Source: Candidatus Bathyarchaeota archaeon (GTDB lineage Archaea > Thermoproteota > Bathyarchaeia > Bathyarchaeales > DTEX01). From it: a stretch of 64,000 bases of DNA. A program made the position numbers and the translations under genes. Of the stretch, positions 41,393 through 49,581 are shown in pieces; positions within the stretch are counted from its first letter, which is position 1, and every line of letters starts with the position of its first letter. The stretch lies in the NCBI GenBank assembly GCA_018396995.1, contig JAGTQB010000001.1, forward strand, positions 67,584 to 131,583, given 5' to 3'. The notes under the pieces are model-generated. The model was not told where the DNA came from. It saw only the letters and a list, made by a program, of their open reading frames with translations, and did no database searches.

Positions 41393-42220
41393 ACGAGGAC
41401 TGGTATTGGACTAGTTGGTTGCGGCACAATAGGTAGCGTTGTTGCTGAGGCTATAGACGACGGGAAGATTGAGAACGCAAGTCTAATAATTATTTATGAT
41501 ATTGTTCCAGAGCATGCTGAAAAACTCGCCTCTAAATTGAAACGTAGACCCCTTATAGCAAGATCTTTAAGCGAGATTTTAGAGAGAAGTGATGTCCACA
41601 TCGTTGTTGAAGCAGCATCACAGGAATTTGTCAAAGAACATGCTGTCGAGATATTAAGCGGCAACAAAGACTTACTAATTATGAGCGTGGGCGCCCTACT
41701 AGATGAATCACTACTCTCCGAGATAATTGACGTCACCAGAAGAACTGGTAGGAAAGTTTATGTTCCATCCGGGGCCATCGTTGGCATAGATAATATTAAG
41801 TCCGCGGCACTAGGAAAGGTTGAGGAGGTAATTCTTGTAACTAGAAAACCTCCGGAAAGCTTTAGGGGAACTGATTTAATCGAGAAGAGTGGAATCGATA
41901 TTTCCTCAATAAAGGAGCCACTCCTTCTCTATGAGGGGCCAGCTCGTAAGGCTGTCGAAATACTCCCACAGAACATTAATGTTGCGGCCACTCTAAGCTT
42001 GGCTGGTATAGGGCCTGATAAAACAAAGGTTAGAGTTATAGCTGATCCGAAAATAAAGGATATAATCCATGAGGTCTATGTTAGGGGTGAGTTCGGAGAA
42101 ATGTATACTAGAACCGTAAATAAGCCCTTCCCAAGCAATCCTAGAACAAGCTATATTGCAGCCCTTTCTGCCATAGCAACCCTAAAAAGAATAACTAGTA
42201 ATATGCTCATCGGTACATAG
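41393..42220 (+). CDS. nadX: L-aspartate dehydrogenase; start inferred at ACG 41393
   Basis: The upstream frame encodes the Rossmann motif GIGLVGCGTIG; also VEAAS, SVGAL, SGAI.G.D, NINVAA and NPRTS motifs. Start position is uncertain. Confidence 0.9.
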   Translation, partial: TRTGIGLVGCGTIGSVVAEAIDDGKIENASLIIIYDIVPEHAEKLASKLKRRPLIARSLSEILERSDVHIVVEAASQEFVKEHAVEILSGNKDLLIMSVGALLDESLLSEIIDVTRRTGRKVYVPSGAIVGIDNIKSAALGKVEEVILVTRKPPESFRGTDLIEKSGIDISSIKEPLLLYEGPARKAVEILPQNINVAATLSLAGIGPDKTKVRVIADPKIKDIIHEVYVRGEFGEMYTRTVNKPFPSNPRTSYIAALSAIATLKRITSNMLIGT

Positions 42221-43090
42221 CGGCTCTGTTAAAACATTAAGTATGGCTAATGTTGCATAAAGGGCCTCTTCCGTCCTAACAGTCTCCGTGGCTTGTCTCG
42301 GAATAACATTTATTATGAAATCTGAGACCTCACTTAATTCAAGCCCCTCCTGCCTAATTATTTCATAGAGACCTTGAGTTGGAGAGCCAAAGGTAATCAA
42401 TATATTTCTTGACTTATGCCATCTTTTTAGGAGGTCATTCATAACCTTAATAAAGGGTTCTCCATACCTGGAGGTAGCGATAACCAGATCAAAGGAACCC
42501 TTCTTAATTATTTGGCCAAGGGGGTTCCTTGAGATTAACACATTGTACCCCCAGTATACTGGAACATCATCTAGGTTTACGAGTACAGCTCCGGGGGTAT
42601 CCCCCTCACTGATAATTTTAACGGTTACGCGCGTGCCCCTCTTTACATGCACACCTGGTATAAATATTGGATCCTCAACACCTACATCCACAAGTATTCC
42701 ACGTTTATTTTCCTTAACCACAACGCCTTCCCTAAACTCCCCAACCCTTAAATCCCTCTTTCTACCTTTGGTCGGGTGATGTGGGGTTCTAAGTGGTGGA
42801 AGTATTCCAGCGTAGCGAAGATCGGACATTATGCCAAACATCTTCTTCCTGAGGTACTGCGGGGTCTCCATATAAGACAAAATAGTGGATACAAATTTTT
42901 GATCACGGCTCTGATCGACTCCGAGAATATCTGGATAGATTATAACTTCGTCAACGCGAAAAACAGCTAGAGCTCGCCCTATAAAGCCAATCCTAAATGT
43001 TTTTTCTCTAAGGTGAGGGGTGTCTGAAACAATTGACGCTGGAATAGCTACAGATAATTTTTGTCTCCTCTTTAATGGTTCTAAAAGCAA
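42182..43090 (-). CDS. SPOUT-family RNA methyltransferase (MTH1/C9orf114-like, DUF171)
   Basis: ETPQYLRK, LPPLRTPHH, FREG and Q.TETVRTEEA motifs. Confidence 0.9.
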   Translation of the reverse strand: MLLEPLKRRQKLSVAIPASIVSDTPHLREKTFRIGFIGRALAVFRVDEVIIYPDILGVDQSRDQKFVSTILSYMETPQYLRKKMFGIMSDLRYAGILPPLRTPHHPTKGRKRDLRVGEFREGVVVKENKRGILVDVGVEDPIFIPGVHVKRGTRVTVKIISEGDTPGAVLVNLDDVPVYWGYNVLISRNPLGQIIKKGSFDLVIATSRYGEPFIKVMNDLLKRWHKSRNILITFGSPTQGLYEIIRQEGLELSEVSDFIINVIPRQATETVRTEEALYATLAILNVLTEPLCTDEHITSYSF

Positions 43091-43275
43091 TATTACCCCC
43101 TAACTAATTTTAACAGCGTATATTTAAGCGTATTCTACCGTATTTTAGAGAGCTACATAATTGGGCATAAATGATACTCTTATTTGCAGGTCTTAAAGCT
43201 CAGACAAAAGTAAAATGGTTTGTAACCACTAATACTTATATAAGCATTAATGGAGAGATTTTATGGGGGGATCTT

Positions 43276-43695
43276 ATGCCAATCACGTTAAGAGTAAGAG
43301 ATGTTATGGAAGGCGGTATTGTGACGCTTGATGGAAATCTTCCAGCAATAGAGGCTTTAAAAAAGATGCTTGAAAATGACGTCTGGTCCGTTGTTGTCAC
43401 AATTAATGATATGCCCACTGGAGTTGTTACGGAACGCGATTTATTGAAGAGAGTCATAGCGAAAGGCCTTGACATAAATAAGGTTCCCTTAAAGGACATC
43501 ATGTCCTGCCCATTAATAACAATTGATCCAGACGCGTCTTTCGGAGAGGCATGGAAGCTTATGGTTGAAAAAGACATTAGACGAATATATGTCGTCGAGA
43601 AAGGTAAAATTATAGGTAGGGTTACACGCGCGGGTCTATTTCAAAAACTGCTGGACGCGGTGCTAGCGTTAGCCTCTCTGAAAACTCTAACTTAA
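43276..43695 (+). CDS. CBS domain pair protein
   Basis: VRDVM, GVVTERD and GKIIGRVT; start placed at ATG 43276. Confidence 0.88.
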   Translation: MPITLRVRDVMEGGIVTLDGNLPAIEALKKMLENDVWSVVVTINDMPTGVVTERDLLKRVIAKGLDINKVPLKDIMSCPLITIDPDASFGEAWKLMVEKDIRRIYVVEKGKIIGRVTRAGLFQKLLDAVLALASLKTLT

Positions 43696-43821
43696 ACCTA
43701 AGCCCTTTTAGCCAACCTATTTTTTAATAATCTTTAAATCGTCATATAGTAAAACGCTTATAAAAGTGGCCTATTTTATTATTTTCTAAGTTTTAAAGGG
43801 GAAGGTTATTTTTAAGGAGAC

Positions 43822-43980
43822 ATGGGTATGGCTAGGAGAGAGCAGAAGAAAAGAAGACGTAATGATCCGTCAAAAATGTTAGATGAGTATGAGTTGAGGA
43901 TAGCTAAGCTAACGTTAAAGATGACTAAGGAAGCTCTGAAACTAAGTAAAAAGAGAAGAAACTTACCATATATTGTTTGA
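43822..43980 (+). CDS. Small basic hypothetical protein (52 aa)
   Basis: MGMARREQKKRRRNDPSKMLDEYELRIAKLTLKMTKEALKLSKKRRNLPYIV; AAGGAGA just upstream; below the ORF-track cutoff. Confidence 0.5.
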   Translation: MGMARREQKKRRRNDPSKMLDEYELRIAKLTLKMTKEALKLSKKRRNLPYIV

Positions 43981-44028
43981 ATGTTTAAATATGCCCTTTA
44001 AAACTGGAGCTTTATGGAGAGATGAATG

Positions 44029-45303
44029 TTACTTGAAGGGGTATAACCCCCTAATAAGATGTACATTAACTTCCTCCCCCTCCTCGAGGATATCTCTACC
44101 ACACGGCACTATTATGAAACCATCCGAGTTTGTGACTACGCTAGCGATAGAGGAGTTGCCTAGGATTGGCTCGGCGAAATAGTTCCCTAAAACTTTCATC
44201 AGCCTAACAAACCTAACTCTGTCAAATGACAAAAATTCTCTTATAACTATTTTGCGGGTAAGTCTCGCTCTTACCGTTAGGCAGGGCTCCTCGGGCTCTA
44301 GACCGCTGAGAAGGCGGATTAAAGGTAGGAGGATCGCGTAAAAACCAACTAGCGTTGATTGAAAGTGTCCTGGAAGCATCACAATTGGCTTATCATTTAA
44401 TATACATAGGCTTGTGACCCTACCCGGCTGCACCTTAATTCCACGAATCACGACTTTAGATTCGCCGATTCGCTTGGTCGCTTCAAGAACATAATCTTTC
44501 TCGCCTATTGAAGCGCCGCCTATCGTCACTACTACATCCGCTTTCTCAATCCCCTCTCTCAACTTGCTGATGATAGCGTTTGTATCGTCTGGCACAACAC
44601 CCAAACTCATTGGGACGCCGCCAGCCTCACTGATTAAGATCGATATCGCCGCAGAATGACTGTCAAACTTCTTTTTGTCAGCCTCCTCAAACCGATCAGT
44701 AAGCTCACTTCCAACAGAAAAAAGTGCCACAATAGGTCTCCTAAAAACTTTAACCATCCATTTCTTTAAGTCTATTAGGAGTTTTATGTCCTGAGCTCGT
44801 AAGATATGTCCGGTGCAAAAGACCTTCTCCCCTTTCTTGACGTCAGCTCCTGCCGGGATAACATTTTCTCTTGGATGTAATGGCCGTAAAACCTCGATGT
44901 AGCCGCCTCTTTCTCTAACCCTCTCAACTGGCGTGACCGCATCAGCTCCATTTGGCAGAGCGCATCCAGTTGAGATATATGCTGCTTCGCCGCTCTTCAC
45001 TTCACCCCTATAGACTTCATCAAGGTAAATCCTGCCAATAACCTTCAAAGAAACAGGGTTGTTTATGGATGCCTGGAGAGTGTCTTCTGACCTGACCGCG
45101 TATCCATCAACATGGGAGACGGGGAATGGGGGTATATTTATGTCAGATATAATATCCTCGGCTAGAACACGATCGTAAGCCTGAAAAACTGGCACGGTCT
45201 CCTCTGATCGCTTCCCTCTAGCAATCTCCCTTAATAAGATATGCGCCTCACTCAAAGACATATACGCAAATTTCTTGGGAATCCACATGAGCATTAACCT
45301 CAA
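44029..45303 (-). CDS. moeA: Molybdopterin molybdotransferase MoeA family (divergent)
   Basis: RVLAEDI, DGYAV, ISTG..LP.GADAV, GGAS.G..D and PG motifs. Confidence 0.85.
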   Translation of the reverse strand: MRLMLMWIPKKFAYMSLSEAHILLREIARGKRSEETVPVFQAYDRVLAEDIISDINIPPFPVSHVDGYAVRSEDTLQASINNPVSLKVIGRIYLDEVYRGEVKSGEAAYISTGCALPNGADAVTPVERVRERGGYIEVLRPLHPRENVIPAGADVKKGEKVFCTGHILRAQDIKLLIDLKKWMVKVFRRPIVALFSVGSELTDRFEEADKKKFDSHSAAISILISEAGGVPMSLGVVPDDTNAIISKLREGIEKADVVVTIGGASIGEKDYVLEATKRIGESKVVIRGIKVQPGRVTSLCILNDKPIVMLPGHFQSTLVGFYAILLPLIRLLSGLEPEEPCLTVRARLTRKIVIREFLSFDRVRFVRLMKVLGNYFAEPILGNSSIASVVTNSDGFIIVPCGRDILEEGEEVNVHLIRGLYPFK

Positions 45304-45371
45304 CTACAGAGACCGCAATAATTTCTAGCTCCAGCAAGTATAAGATAATTTCTAAAGATTGGGAAACTTAA

Positions 45372-45570
45372 TGGTGGGGCTGGCCGGACTTGAACCGGCG
45401 ACCTACGGGTTTCTCCAAGCTCCAGACGATCTTCATCCCCAAGGGGTCAGTAAACCCGTTTCCTGGCATCTGGAGCCCTTAACGGCCTAAGCGGCTAAGC
45501 CGCATTAAGCAGTCGTCATACCTTTCTAGCAGTCACACATGAAGTGTGGCTGCTGCTAGACCACAGCCCC
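45372..45570 (-). tRNA. tRNA-Trp(CCA) with three introns and encoded CCA end
   Basis: Exons 45570-45555, 45522-45512, 45478-45470 and 45410-45372 join to a 75-nt cloverleaf: GGGGCTGTGGTCTAGCGGTATGACGACGGGCTCCAGACCCGTAGGTCGCCGGTTCAAGTCCGGCCAGCCCCACCA. Each intron has BHB-type ends. Confidence 0.92.
45411..45469 (-). ncRNA. C/D-like guide RNA inside the 37/38 intron of tRNA-Trp
   Basis: ACGGGTTTA-CTGA pairs with pre-tRNA AAACCCGT (D+5 rule gives C39); ATGAAGA C'-like box; CGTCTGGAGC pairs with the anticodon region. Confidence 0.65.
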
Positions 45571-45600
45571 ACCATCAAAAATTATGAGAAATCATCCAAA

Positions 45601-45608
45601 TTTATATA
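45601..45608 (-). promoter_or_regulatory. TATA box of the tRNA-Trp gene
   Basis: TATATAAA on the minus strand, about 30-38 nt upstream of the mature 5' end. Confidence 0.55.
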
Positions 45609-45668
45609 CATTATGCACCCATCTAAACGAAAAAGTTAAGAATATGAGTTTTAATTGAAGTAAATGGT

Positions 45669-45791
45669 GGATTGCCGGCCAAAGGGCGCGGGAACCACCC
45701 AAACCCATTCCGAACTTGGAAGTTAAACCGCGCTCCGTCCCCGGTTTTAGTGGGGTCTTCGGCCCCGCGAAGCTGGGGAAGCTGGCAATCC
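45669..45791 (+). rRNA. 5S rRNA (not adjacent to 16S/23S in this window)
   Basis: Conserved CCCATTCCGAAC...GAAGTTAA core; terminal helix GGATTGCC/GGCAATCC; about 120 nt; ends approximate. Confidence 0.93.
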
Positions 45792-45800
45792 ACCATTTAT

Positions 45801-46109
45801 CTATTCTTTCTCTCCCTCAAGAAGCCATTTTAGAGGTATATCTTGGTAAGTTCCATCCGGGAGAGTTCTACGGATTGTTATTGGAAGGACACCCCGTTTT
45901 AGCTCTTCAAGAGCAATATCTACTGGACTCTTCATATTCTCTTTAACTTCTACCAGAATGGGAGCGCCCATAGCTATCTGTAGCGCCCTTGCACCAACAA
46001 TCCTAGCTTTTTCAAAGCGAGTGAGCTTTGGTGGACCAATTAAAACTCTCCTTTTACTTTCAGCGTATAAGTTCTTGATCTCCTGAGATTCTTGGAATGA
46101 AGAGCTAAT
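45801..46109 (-). CDS. rpoK: RNA polymerase subunit Rpo6/K; start inferred at ATT
   Basis: Manual translation gives [22 protein letters not shown]...[19 protein letters not shown]; missed by the track; GGAGGAGG precedes ATT ATT. Confidence 0.92.
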   Translation of the reverse strand: MSSSFQESQEIKNLYAESKRRVLIGPPKLTRFEKARIVGARALQIAMGAPILVEVKENMKSPVDIALEELKRGVLPITIRRTLPDGTYQDIPLKWLLEGEKE

Positions 46110-46278
46110 AATCCCTCCTCCTTATTAAGATCTCACCTTAGGAATTAAGTTTTTTAAGCGACTTAATATATTTGATGCACACTAAAACATTTAAAGTAAA
46201 TATAAATTTTACGATGTTTACTAGCTTACTTAGGCATGATAAAGGTTTAAATGTCACGGCTATTATCGCTATTAAGGG

Positions 46279-46986
46279 TTGAAGATGTTTCAGGAGAAAT
46301 CAAAGGGCATAAGGTTTAGTGACGTTGTACTTATCTTTGATAGAGATTTAGGTAAACTTGTGTTTCGAGATTTTAAAGGGTATGGAAGTTTATTGGATGA
46401 TGCAGAGTGGTTGCTTGAGAGAACCCCGCAGAGATCGTGGGGCTTCATGATGCGGCCAATTATAAAAGAGGGAAGTTATGGTCTCTGGATAGGAGAATAT
46501 GAACCAGAAAATAATAGGGTGGTCCGAGAGGAAGTGCATTTTAGTAGGGGTGCCTCAACTATAAGTAAACTTCTCCTAAGGTATGCTGAGAATAAAATTA
46601 GTGAAAGAGTCATTAATAAGATGTTGAACGTGGATACGCTCAGAAATAAACTGCCTGAAAGCAATATAATTCAAGATTTCAAATACTTTATTTGCCCAGA
46701 GGAGCGACTCTATAGTAAGTGTCCACGCATAGAGGAGATATACAGAGCTATTTTAAAGAGATCTAATTCAGTCTCAAGACTCCATTACTCCCAGGTGGCG
46801 GAGATTATCTCGAGAATCAATAAATGTAATGATGTAATAATTTGTCCATTAACAGCGCCGCCAAACGCTTTTGAAAGACTTTTTACCCTCAATAAGGTTT
46901 TAAGGAGTAGAAGGATGGGAGAGATAAACATTTATGAGAATGTAATTAAGGTGTTTCAGCATTGCCCCCAAGGAGAATCTTTTTAG
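46279..46986 (+). CDS. Hypothetical protein
   Basis: 235-aa ORF filling the gap; scattered Cys pairs; no family recognised. Confidence 0.65.
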   Translation: MKMFQEKSKGIRFSDVVLIFDRDLGKLVFRDFKGYGSLLDDAEWLLERTPQRSWGFMMRPIIKEGSYGLWIGEYEPENNRVVREEVHFSRGASTISKLLLRYAENKISERVINKMLNVDTLRNKLPESNIIQDFKYFICPEERLYSKCPRIEEIYRAILKRSNSVSRLHYSQVAEIISRINKCNDVIICPLTAPPNAFERLFTLNKVLRSRRMGEINIYENVIKVFQHCPQGESF

Positions 46987-47446
46987 CCTGATCTAGAGAA
47001 CTATTTATTTTCTTCCAGTGGCTACCCTTCCAATATACTTGCCCACATCCAGTACACATCCAAAATTCATCATGCATCTTATATGTTGAAGGAGGCACTC
47101 TATCCTTAACACTCTCCTTACTGACAGATTTAATTGCAGAATTACATTTAGGGCACCGTGACCGCTCAATATCTATTTCTAGCCTAATGTTGAGTTGTCT
47201 TGATAAATCCGCCAGCTTCTCAGTGTGGGTCCTCCCATTCACAAAGACCGCTCTAACTCCGCTGGCATTAGCCTTTCTAAAAAGCTGATAATCCCTAGTT
47301 AATATGATTCGCTTCTCCTCAGCGGCGATTCTAAGTATCTCCTTATCATCTAGATCATCGGCATATTTTATATCGTAGCCGAGCATTCTCAACCACCTAG
47401 CAACTTTGCCAAGCATTCCATCAGCGATGAGCTTCATATCACTCAT
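46946..47446 (-). CDS. Mut7-C RNase domain protein (PIN-like plus Zn ribbon)
   Basis: DGMLGKVARWLRMLGYD, ILTRD, RCPKCN and C..CGQVYW.GSH motifs. Confidence 0.92.
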   Translation of the reverse strand: MSDMKLIADGMLGKVARWLRMLGYDIKYADDLDDKEILRIAAEEKRIILTRDYQLFRKANASGVRAVFVNGRTHTEKLADLSRQLNIRLEIDIERSRCPKCNSAIKSVSKESVKDRVPPSTYKMHDEFWMCTGCGQVYWKGSHWKKINSSLDQAKKILLGGNAETP

Positions 47447-47453
47447 AAATCCT

Positions 47454-48782
47454 TCACCTAATTATTTTTCCACATCCAGGCTTAGCAACTATTTCTCCTT
47501 CATCCATCACTAATACACCATTTACAAATGTTTTTAGGGGCTTTCCTTTTACGCGCCATCCATCAAATGGTGAAAACTTTGCCTTAGAATAAAATTCTGT
47601 CGGATCTATAGTCCACTCCCTTTTTAGATCTACGACAACTAGATCCGCATAAAATCCCTCAGCTATTTGACCTCTACCCTTGAGCCCAAATATCCTTGAG
47701 GGGTTCTCTGAGAGAACCTTGACCAAAGTTGACAGCGATATTTGCCCTTTATTAACCATCGTAAGCATTAAGGGAAGCATGGTTTCAATCCCCGAGATTC
47801 CAGCTGAGACATCCCATACTGAAGAAGCATCCTTCTCCTTAAATGCGTGGGGAGCATGGTCGGATGCAACAATATCAATTAGACCATTCTCTAATGCCCA
47901 CTGCAAGTATAGAACTTCAGATAATGGTCTGAGCGGCGGGTTCACGAGCGCAATATTGCCAATCCTCTTTAAATTTTTCTCCGAAAGGAGTAGATGGTGT
48001 GGTGTGACCTCGCATGAAACTGAGATACCGCGAGACTTCTCACGCAGTATGGTTCTTAACCCCTCAGATGTGCTGACATGGCATACGTGTACATGGGTGC
48101 CGGATCTTTCAGCGATCCTCATTGTGCGCCTAATCCCTTTAACCTCAGCCTCAACAGAGTGGACCTCAAGGTAAGCCTCAATGTCGCTCCGACCCGCTAC
48201 CTCCTTAAATTTTCTTAGGAGGAGAGAACCATCCTCAGCATGTACAGCAACTGGGAGATTAACCTTTGCAGCTTCTTTAAAAGCGTTTATCATCTTATCT
48301 TCATCATTAGGATCTATGCCACCAACCTTATGGGAGAGAAAAGTCTTGAAAGCTTTTGCTCCTGCATGAGCTATTTGCCCTATCTCATTAATGTCTTCGG
48401 GGAAAGCGGAGTAAAAGGCCACATTGACAACTGTCTTTCTGGATGCTATCCTCATCCTCTCCTTAAGGGCTTCTAGGCTCATCGTTACAGGCTTATTATT
48501 GGGCATATCAATGACTAAAGTTACACCTCCATTAGCGGCGGCACATGTTCCAGTATAAAAGTCTTCCTTATATGATAGATCTTGATCTCTTAAGTGGGCA
48601 TGAACATCTATAACTCCTGGAAGAATAAACGTTCTATTTAAGTTGATTTTTTCCGAGGCGCTTGGGAGGTTTACTTCCTTAGCAATCCTAACTATTTTCT
48701 CTCCATCAATAGCTATCCCGGCATCAATAACCCTGCCGCCAATATATACTTTTGCCTCTTTCAGAACAAGGTCTACACTCAA
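47454..48782 (-). CDS. pyrC: Dihydroorotase (amidohydrolase family)
   Basis: DVHAHLR, DMPN, HAED, HVS, EVTPHHL, NPPLR and SDHAPH motifs. Confidence 0.9.
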   Translation of the reverse strand: MSVDLVLKEAKVYIGGRVIDAGIAIDGEKIVRIAKEVNLPSASEKINLNRTFILPGVIDVHAHLRDQDLSYKEDFYTGTCAAANGGVTLVIDMPNNKPVTMSLEALKERMRIASRKTVVNVAFYSAFPEDINEIGQIAHAGAKAFKTFLSHKVGGIDPNDEDKMINAFKEAAKVNLPVAVHAEDGSLLLRKFKEVAGRSDIEAYLEVHSVEAEVKGIRRTMRIAERSGTHVHVCHVSTSEGLRTILREKSRGISVSCEVTPHHLLLSEKNLKRIGNIALVNPPLRPLSEVLYLQWALENGLIDIVASDHAPHAFKEKDASSVWDVSAGISGIETMLPLMLTMVNKGQISLSTLVKVLSENPSRIFGLKGRGQIAEGFYADLVVVDLKREWTIDPTEFYSKAKFSPFDGWRVKGKPLKTFVNGVLVMDEGEIVAKPGCGKIIR

Positions 48783-48845
48783 CTTTTATCGCCCAAAAAT
48801 CGGGATCCATAACCAATGAAATTATATTTAGATGATATCTAAAAA

Positions 48846-49433
48846 TTACTTCTCTTTCATTTCTACATAGCAGTCCTCACAGACATATGCTCCGTTAACC
48901 TCTTTAAGACTATCTGACCAAGCTCCACAGTAATCGCAGTATCCTGCCAAAGATAGTTTTTCTTCTGATTCCTCGCTAGCTGAGATTTTTGCTCTCTCCT
49001 GAATTATCTCGATTAGCTCTGGTGTAACTGAGAGTATATCCTCGCTGGTAATTATGCCCACAAGCTGCCCCTTATACATAACTGCAAGTCTTCTTACATC
49101 GTATCGATTCATTTCTCTAGCAGCTTCGCTTATAGTTTTCTCCGCGTCAATTGTTATCAGTGGTGTGCTCATTATCTCTTTCGCCGTGATCTCGCTTGGT
49201 CGAATGTTCTCAGCGACAACTCTCGTAACAATATCCTTCTCAGTTATTATGCCTACAGGTTTCCCATCCTTAGTACTCACAATAATGCATCCAATATCGC
49301 TTTCCTTCATTAATTTAGCGGCTTCTTGAGCGGATGCATCTTCACTAATTGTTATCACTGGACTACTCATGACGTCTCTTACTAGAAGCCTAGAGCCTAG
49401 ATCAAGTCCGTCCATCCCAGCCCCTCTCTTCAT
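48846..49433 (-). CDS. CBS domain protein with C-terminal zinc ribbon
   Basis: Two CBS repeats; GYCDYCG...CEDC. Confidence 0.9.
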   Translation of the reverse strand: MKRGAGMDGLDLGSRLLVRDVMSSPVITISEDASAQEAAKLMKESDIGCIIVSTKDGKPVGIITEKDIVTRVVAENIRPSEITAKEIMSTPLITIDAEKTISEAAREMNRYDVRRLAVMYKGQLVGIITSEDILSVTPELIEIIQERAKISASEESEEKLSLAGYCDYCGAWSDSLKEVNGAYVCEDCYVEMKEK

Positions 49434-49581
49434 TTAAGAGAAAAATCAACATACTATTTATCTTTTTGGTGTAAAAGCGTTTATTGCGATTACTTCGTTT
49501 TAATCAGTTATGTTTAGTCAGAAATATTATTCAAGAGATTCGTGAAGCGGACTTGGGAGGATGACGTTTACCATAGGCCCA

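Noticed and set aside
45716..45946. 76-aa plus-strand ORF
   Set aside because: Overlaps the 5S rRNA and is antisense to rpoK.
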